Of a stretch of 64,000 nucleotides of DNA, positions 24,964 to 36,804 are shown one piece after another. The translations under genes were made by a program, and so were the position numbers. The stretch's first letter is position 1; every line of letters starts with the position of its first letter. Origin of the DNA: Candidatus Eiseniibacteriota bacterium (lineage in GTDB: Bacteria; Eisenbacteria; RBG-16-71-46); the NCBI GenBank assembly GCA_963776245.1, contig CAVZLN010000007.1, positions 55,134 through 119,133 of the forward strand, read 5' to 3'. The notes under the pieces were generated by a model. That model did no database searches, had not been told where the DNA came from, and was given only the letters and a program-made list of their open reading frames with translations.

Positions 24964-27102
24964 ATGAGCGGAGTGCCTCCGGTCATTCTCGTCTTCCTGT
25001 GGCATCACCACCAGCCCGACTACCGGAATCCGCGCACCGGACACGCCCTGCTGCCCTGGGTGCGGCTCCACGCCACCAAGGACTACCTCGACATGGCGCT
25101 CCGCCTGGGGCGCCATCCGCGCGTGAAGGCCACGTTCAATTTCGTCCCCTCGCTCCTCGACCAGCTCGAGGAGGCCGCGGCGGGGGTGCCGGACGCGCTG
25201 TTCCCCCTGCTGCGGCGGTCGTTCGCCTCGCTCGACCCCGAGCAGCGGGACGAGGTGCTGCTGCGCTGCGCCTCGGCGCCGCGCTGGGCGCTCGACCGCT
25301 GGCCGCGCTACCGCGCCCTGACGGAGAAGGCCGGCCGCGCGCGGGGTGACGGTCCGCGCGAGTCGATCAGCGAGGCCGAGGCGATCGCGCTCGAGACGTG
25401 GTTCCTGCTCGCGTGGCTCGATCCCATGTTCCATGGCGAGCCTGCCGCCGTGGCCGCGCTCGAGCGCCAGAACGACCCCGGGACCGCGGAGCGCGACGCG
25501 CTGTGGGACCTGCACGCGCGGCTCACCGGCGAGGTCATCCCGGCCTACCGCGCGCTCGCCGAGCGCGGCCAGGTGGAGCTGTCCGAGTCGGCGTACTACC
25601 ACCCGATCCTGCCGCTGCTGGTCACCCATCAGGCGGCGCGGCGCGCGCGTCCCCAGATCGCGCTGCCCTCCGAGCCGTTCAGCGCGCCCGGGGACGCGGT
25701 CCGACAGGTCGAGCGGGCCCTCGACCGACACGCGCGCGCTTTCGGCGCCCGGCCGGCCGGCATGTGGCCTCCGGAGGGCGGCGTGAGCCCGGAGGTGTGC
25801 GAGATCGTGGCGGGCCTCGGGGTGCGCTGGCTGGCGACCGACGAGGGCGTGCTGTGGAATTCACTGTCCGGCGGGGACCGCGGCCACGGGGCGCTCTACC
25901 GGCCGTGGCGCGTGGCGACGCCCGCCGGGGACGTGGCGCTGTTCTTCCGCGACCACGAGATCTCGGACCGCATCGGTTTCGTCTACCACCACTGGGATGC
26001 GCAGGAGGCGGTGCTCGACTTCCTCGCGCGGGTGCGCCGCATCGCCCAGGATCACGCGGGGAGCGAGCCGCCGGTGATCTCGATCATCCTCGACGGCGAG
26101 AACTGCTGGGAGCACTACCCGGACGACGGCGGTCCGTTCCTCGAGGCGCTCTATCGGGCGCTCGAGACCGCGCCCGACATCCGCACCTCCACACCCTCCG
26201 CGATCCTCGCCGAGCGCGAGGGCACGCTGCCGCTGCTCGCCGGGCTCCACACCGGTTCGTGGATCGACGCCGACTTCCACATCTGGATCGGCCACCCCGA
26301 GAAGAACCGCGCCTGGGACCTGCTCGCACGCACGCGGCGCGCGCTGGTGGACGCCGGCACCACGCCGGCCTCGCACCCCGAGGCCTGGGAGGCGCTCGCC
26401 GCGGCCGAGGGCTCGGATTGGTTCTGGTGGTACGGCGAGGACCACCACACCTCGGACAAGGCGCTCTTCGACCGCATCTTCCGCGAACACCTGATGGGGG
26501 CGCGCGAACGCGCGGGGCTCTCGGTGCCGGGGGAGCTGCTGCTCCCGGTGGCGCGCCATCGCATCAAGCGCGCCGGGACCCAGCCGCAGAACTTCATCCA
26601 GCCGGTCATCGACGGGCGGTGCACCCACTTCTATGAGTGGCACGGCGCGGGCTCCTTCAAGACCGGGGCCGGCGGCGGTTCGATGCACCGCGCCGCGGGG
26701 CTCGCCAAGGAGGTGTTCTTCGGGTTCGACGCCGCGCACCTCTACCTGCGGGTGGATTTCGCCGCCGGGCTGCCGGGGGAAGGCATCGATCTCGCCATCG
26801 AGATCATGAGCCCTCGCCCGGTGCGCCTGTCGGTGAGCGGTCTGGCGCACGGCGAGCGCACCGTGCTGTGGGGGGGAGGCGCGCGCGCGGGCCGGGCGGT
26901 CGAGGGGGCGCGGGCGTGCGCCGACCACGTGGTCGAACTCGCGGTGCCGTTCGCGAGTCTGAAGCTGCGGCCGCACGAGAACGTCGAGATGATCGCGCAG
27001 ATCCAGGACCACGGGGCCCCGCTCGAGAGCCTGCCCGACGAGGACCTGATGCGCTTCGAGATCCCGGACGCGGACTTCGATCAGATCATGTGGGAGGCGT
27101 AG
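24964..27102 (+). CDS. glycoside hydrolase family 57 (amylopullulanase-like)
   Basis: WHHHQP, WVRLHATKDY, YYHPILPLL, GMWPPEG, ILDGENCWE, AEGSDWFWW. Confidence 0.9.
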   Translation: MSGVPPVILVFLWHHHQPDYRNPRTGHALLPWVRLHATKDYLDMALRLGRHPRVKATFNFVPSLLDQLEEAAAGVPDALFPLLRRSFASLDPEQRDEVLLRCASAPRWALDRWPRYRALTEKAGRARGDGPRESISEAEAIALETWFLLAWLDPMFHGEPAAVAALERQNDPGTAERDALWDLHARLTGEVIPAYRALAERGQVELSESAYYHPILPLLVTHQAARRARPQIALPSEPFSAPGDAVRQVERALDRHARAFGARPAGMWPPEGGVSPEVCEIVAGLGVRWLATDEGVLWNSLSGGDRGHGALYRPWRVATPAGDVALFFRDHEISDRIGFVYHHWDAQEAVLDFLARVRRIAQDHAGSEPPVISIILDGENCWEHYPDDGGPFLEALYRALETAPDIRTSTPSAILAEREGTLPLLAGLHTGSWIDADFHIWIGHPEKNRAWDLLARTRRALVDAGTTPASHPEAWEALAAAEGSDWFWWYGEDHHTSDKALFDRIFREHLMGARERAGLSVPGELLLPVARHRIKRAGTQPQNFIQPVIDGRCTHFYEWHGAGSFKTGAGGGSMHRAAGLAKEVFFGFDAAHLYLRVDFAAGLPGEGIDLAIEIMSPRPVRLSVSGLAHGERTVLWGGGARAGRAVEGARACADHVVELAVPFASLKLRPHENVEMIAQIQDHGAPLESLPDEDLMRFEIPDADFDQIMWEA

Positions 27103-27133
27103 GCGAGGTCGGCCTTCGCCGCCGGCGGCGGCG

Positions 27134-28492
27134 CTACCTCACCCAGACGGTCTTGAGGTTCACGAACTCGCGGATGCCGAGCGCCGACAGCTCGCGGCCA
27201 TATCCGGAGCGCTTGAGCCCTCCGAACGGCAGCCGCGGGTCGGACTTCACGATCCCGTTGACGAACACCTGCCCGGCCTCGAGCTCCTTCGCCAGCGCTT
27301 CGCCGCGGGCCGCGTCCGCGGTCCACACGCTCGCTCCGAGCGCGTAGCGGGAGCGGTTCGCGAGCGCCACCGCGTGGGGCGCGCTCTCCGCCCGGATCAC
27401 GGCCGCGAGTGGCCCGAAGGTCTCCTCGTCGAACGCCGCCATGCCCGGGGTCACGCCGCCCAGCGCGCTGGCGGCATAGAAGAAGCCGGGGCCGTCGAGC
27501 GCGTGCCCGCCCGCCAGCAGCGTGGCGCCGGCGGCCAGGGAGCGGCGCGCCTGGTCGTGGAGTTCGACGCGCAGGTCGGCGCGCGCGAGCGGGCCGAGCA
27601 CGGTGGCGCGGTCGAGCGGGTCGCCCACCTTCGCCGCGCGCAGCCGCTCGACGAACGCGCGGGTGAAGCGCTCGAGGACCGGGGCCACCACGATGAAGCG
27701 CTTGGCGGCGATGCAGGACTGCCCGTTGTTGAGCAGCCGCGCGTCCACCGCGCGCAGCGCGACCTGCTCGGCGGGCGCGTCGGCGAGCACGATGAATGGA
27801 TCGGAGCCCCCCAGTTCGAGCACGCACTTCTTGAGCGCCGCGCCCGCCGCCGCCGCCACCGCCACGCCCGCCGCGTCGCTGCCGGTGAGCGAGACCGCGG
27901 CCACCGCGTCGTGCGCCACCAGGCCGGCGACCACGGACGAAGGCACCAGCAGCGCGACCAGCCCACCGTCGGGCAGGCCGGCGTCGCGCATCAGGGTCTC
28001 GATGGCGAGCGCGCATCCCGGCACGTTGGAGGCGTGCTTGAGGATCACCACGTTGCCCGCCATGAGCGCGGGCGCCGCGCAGCGGAACACCTGCCAGAGC
28101 GGGAAGTTCCAGGGCATCACCGCGAGCACCGCGCCGAGCGGGTCGCAGCGCACGAACGAGCGGGTCGCGTCGCTGGCGATGACCTGCGGGGCGAGGTAGC
28201 GCTCGGCATGCTGCGCGTAGTGCTCGCACGTCCCCGCGCACTTCTCGACCTCGGCCTCGGACTGCACGATGGGCTTGCCCATCTCCAGCGTCATCAGGCG
28301 GGCGAGGCCGTCGCGGCGCTGGCGCAGCAGGAGGGCCGCGCGAGTGAGCACCGCGGCGCGCTCGGCGAACGTGCGCGCGCGCCACACCGCGAAGGCCGCG
28401 GAGGAATCCGCCAGCCGCCCGGCGACCGCGGCAGGATCGTGATCGGGGTACTCGGCGAGGGTCTCGCCGGTGGCGGGATTGACGGAGCGCAT
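27134..28492 (-). CDS. sad: NAD(P)-dependent succinate-semialdehyde dehydrogenase (Sad/GabD1-like)
   Basis: SVNPATGE, MPWNFPLWQ, LKHASNVP, LTGS, LELGGSDP, GQSCIAAKR, EETFGP, PFGGLKRSGYGRELS. Confidence 0.88.
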   Translation of the reverse strand: MRSVNPATGETLAEYPDHDPAAVAGRLADSSAAFAVWRARTFAERAAVLTRAALLLRQRRDGLARLMTLEMGKPIVQSEAEVEKCAGTCEHYAQHAERYLAPQVIASDATRSFVRCDPLGAVLAVMPWNFPLWQVFRCAAPALMAGNVVILKHASNVPGCALAIETLMRDAGLPDGGLVALLVPSSVVAGLVAHDAVAAVSLTGSDAAGVAVAAAAGAALKKCVLELGGSDPFIVLADAPAEQVALRAVDARLLNNGQSCIAAKRFIVVAPVLERFTRAFVERLRAAKVGDPLDRATVLGPLARADLRVELHDQARRSLAAGATLLAGGHALDGPGFFYAASALGGVTPGMAAFDEETFGPLAAVIRAESAPHAVALANRSRYALGASVWTADAARGEALAKELEAGQVFVNGIVKSDPRLPFGGLKRSGYGRELSALGIREFVNLKTVWVR

Positions 28493-28547
28493 GGGGGGCA
28501 GGATACCATCGGCCGACGGGGCCGACGGAACCGCCCGAGGAGGGACG

Positions 28548-29003
28548 ATGGACGAGATCGCACGCATCGACGACCAGTTGCGCCGTGCCTTCGAGCGCGA
28601 GGCGTGGTCGGGACCGTCGCTGCTCGAGACGCTCGACGGCGTGGACGCGGCGGCCGCGGCACGGCGCCCGGTGGGGAGCGCGCACAGCATCTGGGAGATC
28701 GTGCTCCACATCGGCGCCTGGCAGGACATCGCGCGCCGGCGCCTCGCCGGCGAACGCGTGGAGGTGACGCCCGAGGTGGACTGGCCCCCGGTCCGCGAAC
28801 CGAGCGACGCGGCGTGGGCGGACGCGCTCGATCGCCTCCGGCGGGGTCATGAGGCGCTGCGCCGGGTGGCGCGCTCGCTCGATCCCGGCGCGCTCGACGG
28901 ATGCCCGGCGGATTCCACCGTGTCGCGCTACGTGCTCGCGCAGGGCGTGGCCCAGCACGACCTCTATCATGCCGGCCAGATCGCGCTGCTGAAGAAGGCA
29001 TGA
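28548..29003 (+). CDS. DinB-family (DinB_2/YfiT-like) protein
   Basis: HSIWEIVLHI, DWP, QHDLYHAGQI metal-binding pattern; GAGGAGG RBS. Confidence 0.85.
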   Translation: MDEIARIDDQLRRAFEREAWSGPSLLETLDGVDAAAAARRPVGSAHSIWEIVLHIGAWQDIARRRLAGERVEVTPEVDWPPVREPSDAAWADALDRLRRGHEALRRVARSLDPGALDGCPADSTVSRYVLAQGVAQHDLYHAGQIALLKKA

Positions 29004-29088
29004 GGAGGGACGAGGTCCTGCGCCTCGTCGCGGCGATCCCGGCCCGGTCATCGCCCAGGATCGGGGCGGTCGCCCGGCCGGGATCCGG

Positions 29089-29116
29089 TAGGCGCATAAT
29101 CAGTATTATGTAAACC
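29089..29116 (+). other. dif site (XerC/XerD chromosome dimer resolution site)
   Basis: TAGGCGCATAA-TCAGTA-TTATGTAAACC has the 11-6-11 layout of E. coli dif (GGTGCGCATAA-TGTATA-TTATGTTAAAT); AT-rich intergenic spot where gene orientation converges. Confidence 0.85.
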
Positions 29117-29235
29117 TACAGGCACGGAGGGCCGTGCGTCCGAGGCATCGTGGCCGTGGATCCGCTCTCCCCCGTCGCCGGTCCGCCGACATCCCACCTG
29201 CCGGGCGCTCGTGACTCGCGCCCGGGAGGGTCACC

Positions 29236-31686
<2,451 letters not shown>

Positions 31687-31759
31687 AGGCGGCGGAGAGT
31701 AGCGAAGCGCGGCCCGCGAGTCACGCGGTCCGCGGGTCCCGCGGCCGCCGCTCAGCCCG

Positions 31760-32713
31760 TCACCGCACGCCGCAGAGCGTGCGGGTGGCCTGCTCGAGCA
31801 CCGCGATGGGATCGGCGCGACCGCTCTTCCACGCCGCCTCGGCGCGGTAGAGCGCGTCCGCCGCGGCGCACAGCTCGGCGGGCCGCATGCGGTGGCGCAG
31901 TGTGCCGCTGTGCTCGCGGTGGATCGCCCAGCCCCCGAGCGCGCCCCCGACCAGGTTCGCGAGTGCGAACAGGACCTGTCCCTCGCTCACCCCGGTCGCC
32001 AGCAGCCGGCCGAGCCGCAGGGTGGCGGCGCCGGCCCGCCCGCGCGCCACCGCGCCCAGGTACTCCGGCAGGTCCGCGCCCACCGCGGGGCGCAGCACCG
32101 CCTGCGCGTCGGCCAGTCGGACCACGCGGTCCCCTCCCGCCCAGGCGCAGATCTTCTCGAGCTCATTGAAGAACGCGAGCGGATCGCCCTCGCAGGCGTC
32201 CGCGGTCGACTCGAGCACGCCGGGCTCGGCCTCGATGCCCTCGCGCGCCAGACGGCGGACGCCCCACGCGAGCAGCGCGGGGCGCTCGGGCGGCCGCGCC
32301 TCCCAGCGCACGGCGGCGGCGGCGCGCAGCGGCTCGAGGGACTTGCGGAGAACGTCGGCCTCGGACTCCACCAGCACCAGGCACGAGCCGCCCGCCGGCC
32401 GAGCGAGGCCCGCGGCGAGGGCCGCCACCTTCTTCTCGCTGCGCCCGAGCGTCTCGACCTCGAGCACCAGGGTCAGTTCGCGCGGCGCGAACAGCGATGC
32501 GCCCTGGTAGGCGGCGAGGATCTGCTCCACCCCGCTCTCGGCGGCGCGCAGCACGCGGGCGGTCGGCGCGGCGGGCACGTGCGCGGCCCAGGCGGCGCGC
32601 AGCTCGGCGAGCAGGGCGGTCTTGAGCGGCTCGGAGGGGCCTTCGAGGTAGAGCGTGGCCGGGAAGTCGTCGCGATCGAAGCGCCCGAGCAACGCGAACG
32701 CGTCGGCCGTCAC
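31760..32713 (-). CDS. holA: DNA polymerase III delta subunit (divergent)
   Basis: [19 protein letters not shown], ...K.G terminal helix; adjacent to lptE and leuS; start uncertain. Confidence 0.65.
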   Translation of the reverse strand: MTADAFALLGRFDRDDFPATLYLEGPSEPLKTALLAELRAAWAAHVPAAPTARVLRAAESGVEQILAAYQGASLFAPRELTLVLEVETLGRSEKKVAALAAGLARPAGGSCLVLVESEADVLRKSLEPLRAAAAVRWEARPPERPALLAWGVRRLAREGIEAEPGVLESTADACEGDPLAFFNELEKICAWAGGDRVVRLADAQAVLRPAVGADLPEYLGAVARGRAGAATLRLGRLLATGVSEGQVLFALANLVGGALGGWAIHREHSGTLRHRMRPAELCAAADALYRAEAAWKSGRADPIAVLEQATRTLCGVR

Positions 32714-32771
32714 GCTCGCGCCGGCGCCCCGACCGCGCGGGAAGGGCGCGCGGCGCGCGGGCGCCGGGGAG

Positions 32772-33290
32772 TCACCAGCCCTGGGTGGAGCGGCTGAGGA
32801 CTTCGTCGGCGATCTTCTGGATGGCTTCTTTGCGTCCATCGAGCTCGGTCTTCGCGGTCTGGCCGGGGACATCCTGCACGTAGTAGTTCGCCGTCTTGAT
32901 CATGGCGTCGTCTCGCCACATCTCGCGGTTCTTCAGCTGGTCCTTGAACACGACCGAGACCGTGATCGTCACGCGGTACTCCTGCGCGCGATTCTGGGTG
33001 GAGAAGCCGAACACCGAATTCTTGTAGGCGACGATCTTCCCGCTCAGCACACAGTCGGCGGAGCGCTCGTTCACCACCTTGAGGTGATTGTCCTGCACGA
33101 AGCGCTGGAGCACCGCGTCGGTGATCTCCTGCTGGAGCGTGTACTCGGTGGTGGCGTTCTCGAACACCGGCACCGCCACCGTCTTGAGGTTCGACGGCAG
33201 CAGCGCGGTGCTGGTGGTGTACGCGCAACCGCCCGCGAGGCAAGCGACCGCCCCCGCGAGCAGCAGCGCGCGGGGGCGGGAGATCTTCAC
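32772..33290 (-). CDS. lptE: LptE-family lipoprotein
   Basis: LAGGC lipobox, GCAY, LKTVAVPVFENAT, ADCVLSGKI; lptE-holA synteny. Confidence 0.8.
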   Translation of the reverse strand: MKISRPRALLLAGAVACLAGGCAYTTSTALLPSNLKTVAVPVFENATTEYTLQQEITDAVLQRFVQDNHLKVVNERSADCVLSGKIVAYKNSVFGFSTQNRAQEYRVTITVSVVFKDQLKNREMWRDDAMIKTANYYVQDVPGQTAKTELDGRKEAIQKIADEVLSRSTQGW

Positions 33291-33293
33291 GAC

Positions 33294-34727
33294 TCAAGCC
33301 ACCTTGTGGGTCGGGTCGGACGACTCGTGCTCGGGCTGCAGCTCGTACAGCTTCATCCGGTAACGGAGCTTGTCGCGCTTGAGGTTGAGGAGCTCCGCGG
33401 TGCGACTCTGATTCCACTTGGTAGCACACGACGCACGCACAATCAAGGCGCGCTCCAGCTCCTCGACGAGCGCTTCGAAGGGGATCCCGGTCGGCGGGAT
33501 CGCGCCTCCCATCGCCTCGTCGACGCGATGTCCGAGCGTCACCCCGGCCGCGGCGCGCGCGCGCGGGGCGAGCTTGAGGTGCCGCGGCTCGAGCACCTCG
33601 GCGTTCTCGAGCAGCACGGTGCGCTCGAAGAGGTTCTTCAGCTCACGGATGTTCCCGGGCCACGGGTAGTCGGCCAGGACCTGCTCGGCCGCGGGGCTGA
33701 TGCCGCGGAACGGCTTCTTGAACTGCTTGGAGAAGCGCTCCATGAAGAGCTTGGCGAGCGGCAGGATGTCCTCGCGGCGCTCCCGCAGCGGCGGGACGTA
33801 GAGCGGCACCACCTTGAGGCGGTAGTAGAGGTCCTCGCGGAAGCTCCCCTCCCGCACCATCCGCTCGAGGTCCTGGTTGGTGGCGGAGATGATGCGCGGA
33901 TTCACGGCGAAGTCCTTGGTGCCTCCGACGCGGCGCACCGTGCGGCGCTCCAGCACCCGCAGCAGCTTGACCTGGAGCATCGGCGCCATCTCCCCGATCT
34001 CGTCGAGGAACAGCGTGCCCTCGCTCGCCAGCTCCATCAGGCCCAGCTTCTGCGAGCGCGCGTCGGTGAACGCGCCTTTCTCGTGCCCGAACAGCTCGCT
34101 CTCGAGCAGTTCGCTCGGGATGGCCGCGCAGTTGAGCTCGATGAACGGCCGGTCGTGCCGTGCGCTCATCCGGTGGACCAGGTTCGCGAAGTACTCCTTG
34201 CCGGTGCCGCTCTCGCCCTCGATGAGCACGCTGGTGGTGTCGCCACGCGCCACCTGCTCGGCGATCGCGTACGCCTCCTGCATGCGAGCGCTGCCGGAGT
34301 GCAGGTAGTCCTCGTCGGCGAACGCCTGGTGGCGCAGCCGGCGCAGTTCAATCCACATGCGCTGCGAGTCGATGGCGCGCTCGACCAGCGCCAGCAGCTC
34401 GTCGTTCTGGAACGGCTTCCGCACGAACCAGAACGCGCCGGCGCTCATCGCCTCGACGGCGGTCTCCAGTTCACCGAACGCGGTCATGAGGATGACCGAG
34501 ACCTCGGGCTGGATCCGCTTGATCTCGCGCAGCAGTTCGATGCCGGTGCCGTCGGGGAGCTTCAGATCGAGCACCGCGACGTCGGGAAGGTCGCGCTCGA
34601 AGGCCTCGCGGCCCTCGCGCACGGAACCGGTGGTGACCACGGAGTAGCCCGCGTCCTCGAGCGTGCGGCTCACGAAGTGCCGGATGGAATCCTGATCGTC
34701 CACGACCAGGATGTTGGCCTTGCTCAT
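33294..34727 (-). CDS. sigma54-dependent response regulator (REC-AAA+-Fis HTH)
   Basis: ILVVDD, LDLKLPD, GESGTGKE, ESELFGHEKGAFTDA, LFLDEIGEM, FREDLYYRL, WPGNIREL, C-terminal HTH. Confidence 0.93.
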   Translation of the reverse strand: MSKANILVVDDQDSIRHFVSRTLEDAGYSVVTTGSVREGREAFERDLPDVAVLDLKLPDGTGIELLREIKRIQPEVSVILMTAFGELETAVEAMSAGAFWFVRKPFQNDELLALVERAIDSQRMWIELRRLRHQAFADEDYLHSGSARMQEAYAIAEQVARGDTTSVLIEGESGTGKEYFANLVHRMSARHDRPFIELNCAAIPSELLESELFGHEKGAFTDARSQKLGLMELASEGTLFLDEIGEMAPMLQVKLLRVLERRTVRRVGGTKDFAVNPRIISATNQDLERMVREGSFREDLYYRLKVVPLYVPPLRERREDILPLAKLFMERFSKQFKKPFRGISPAAEQVLADYPWPGNIRELKNLFERTVLLENAEVLEPRHLKLAPRARAAAGVTLGHRVDEAMGGAIPPTGIPFEALVEELERALIVRASCATKWNQSRTAELLNLKRDKLRYRMKLYELQPEHESSDPTHKVA

Positions 34728-36667
34728 GCGTTGCCTCCGTTGGATTCCAGCGGCAGTTCCACGGTGAAAGTGGTACCGCGGGCGGGCTCGCTCTGGACCG
34801 CGAGACTCCCACCGTGTCGCTTGACGATGTCGTGGCAGATGTAGAGACCGAGCCCGGTCCCGCCGGGCTTGGTGGTGAAGAAGGGCTCGAAGATGGTCTT
34901 CAGCGCCTCGCCCGAGATGCCGCTGCCGTGGTCCTCCACGCGCGCGATCACGCCCGGGACGACGGCGCTTCCGGATCCGGGGCCGCGGGGCGCCGCGGGC
35001 TCGACGACGACCTGCACGCGGTCGCCGGCGGACGACGCCTCGGCCGCGTTCTTGAGCAGGTTGATGAACACCTGCTCGATCTGATCGGGGTCGTGCGCCA
35101 CGGCCGGCACCCGGGGGGCGACCGCGACGTCGAGCGAGACGCCGCGCTGCTCGTAGACCGCGCGCAGGCACTGCACCGCGCGGCCGAGCGCGTCCTCGAC
35201 CGGGGCCACGCGCAGGCTGAGCCCGCGCGGATGGGTGATCTCGAACAGGTCGCCGACGATGCGGTCGAGGCGCTTGATCTCGCCGTGGATGAAGGCGAGG
35301 TTCTCGCGCTGCGAGTCGTCGTCCTTGAGCGCCCGGGCGAGGTACTGCACCCCCGCGCCGATGCCGGCCAGCGGGTTGCGGATCTCGTGCGCCACGCTCG
35401 AGGTGAAACGCCCGAGCGCGGCCAGCCGGTCGAGCCGCCGGGCGTGCTCCTCGGCCCGGCGCAGGGGCGTGAGGTCGATGAACGTGGCGATGGCGCCGTA
35501 GACGGCGCGCCGGTCGTTGCGCAGCAGCGAGGTGGTGAGCGAGACCGGCACCGGGGTCCCGTCCTGGGCCCGCAGCATGAGGGTCTCGCGCACCACCTCG
35601 CGGCCATGTTCGAGGGTGGCGCGCATGATCTCCTCGCCGTCGCCGCCCAGCACCACGCCGACCCCCTCGCCGAGGGCGTCGTCGCCATTCCAGCCGAGCA
35701 GGGCCTCGGCGGCGTGATTGAAGGTGAGCACCTCGCCCTGCATGTTCACCGCGACCAGCGCGCTCGGCATGCTGTCGAGCACGTGCTCGCGGAAGCGTTC
35801 GCTGCGGCGCAGCTCGTGGTAGAGGCGGGCATTCTCGATCATCGGGGCGATCGACTGCGCGATCGACTCGATCAGCGTGGTGTCGGTGGCGGTGAGCGCC
35901 GGCGCGCCGCGGTGGCGGGCCGCCCCGATGATGCCGAGGACGGGCATGTGGTCGCAGCCGAGGCAATGGCGCTGGCGTTCCTCGCGGTCGGCGGCCCAGC
36001 CATCGGCCGCGGCGCCGGGCGGCGGCACCACCACCGCGGCGTCGCCCAGCATGCAGCGCGCCCCGCAGAGCTCGTGCTGCTGGCCGACCGGCACCAGCGT
36101 GTGGCTGCGGCGCAGCGGCACCGCCACCAGCGAGCCGAGGTCCTCGAGGGTCTCCTCCAGCGGATGTCCCTCGGGCAGCGAGGCGGCGAGGCGGGGGCGC
36201 AGCGCCCGGTGGGTGACCGTGCGGTCGAGCCACACCGCCCGGGCCAGCGCGCCCCCGTCGCCCAGCAGGGACACCGCCAGCGGGGTGCTGTGCTCGCGGT
36301 CGGCCCGGCGGCTGACCCAGGTGCCCTGGAGCGCGTGCTCTCCGCGATCCACGAGCATCAGGCAGACCTCGTCGAAACCGAACGCGCGGCACAGGTAGCG
36401 CGCCACCGTGCGGGTGGTCTCCCCCGCATCGAGACTGTTCACCACCTGGCTCGCGACCTCGCGCAGCGAAACCAGCTGCACGTTGGTCTCGATCAGGCGC
36501 CGCTGGCTGCGCTCGAGCTCCTCGACCAGCAGGCGCACGGTCTCGAGCAGCGCCTCCGGTCCCTCGGGATCGACGGGCAGCGTGATGCCGGACGTGTCCG
36601 TGAGCCCACGGACCTCGTCGACGCGCCTCAACAGGTCGCGCAGCTGCTCGTGCTGCGTGATGGCCAT
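34724..36667 (-). CDS. cytoplasmic GAF-PAS sensor histidine kinase
   Basis: AHEIRNPL H-box, QVFINLLKNA, DHGSGI, FEPFFTTK, GTGLGL; PAS FNHAAEALLG; no evident TM segment. Confidence 0.9.
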   Translation of the reverse strand: MAITQHEQLRDLLRRVDEVRGLTDTSGITLPVDPEGPEALLETVRLLVEELERSQRRLIETNVQLVSLREVASQVVNSLDAGETTRTVARYLCRAFGFDEVCLMLVDRGEHALQGTWVSRRADREHSTPLAVSLLGDGGALARAVWLDRTVTHRALRPRLAASLPEGHPLEETLEDLGSLVAVPLRRSHTLVPVGQQHELCGARCMLGDAAVVVPPPGAAADGWAADREERQRHCLGCDHMPVLGIIGAARHRGAPALTATDTTLIESIAQSIAPMIENARLYHELRRSERFREHVLDSMPSALVAVNMQGEVLTFNHAAEALLGWNGDDALGEGVGVVLGGDGEEIMRATLEHGREVVRETLMLRAQDGTPVPVSLTTSLLRNDRRAVYGAIATFIDLTPLRRAEEHARRLDRLAALGRFTSSVAHEIRNPLAGIGAGVQYLARALKDDDSQRENLAFIHGEIKRLDRIVGDLFEITHPRGLSLRVAPVEDALGRAVQCLRAVYEQRGVSLDVAVAPRVPAVAHDPDQIEQVFINLLKNAAEASSAGDRVQVVVEPAAPRGPGSGSAVVPGVIARVEDHGSGISGEALKTIFEPFFTTKPGGTGLGLYICHDIVKRHGGSLAVQSEPARGTTFTVELPLESNGGNA

Positions 36668-36804
36668 GACTCTCGCACCAGGGCACGGCGAAAGGGCTCG
36701 CCGGCCCGGAGGCTCGGTGCTTCACCGGCACGCGTCACAGGGCGGGGTGGTGGGCGTGCCGGGTCGTGGCGGGCCGCCGCGAGGCGCCCCGCCCATCGAA
36801 CGGT

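Noticed and set aside
32710-32775. 21-codon ORF bridging the lptE stop and the holA start
   Set aside because: Low-complexity peptide; it may be the true holA N-terminus displaced by an indel and cannot be supported as a gene.
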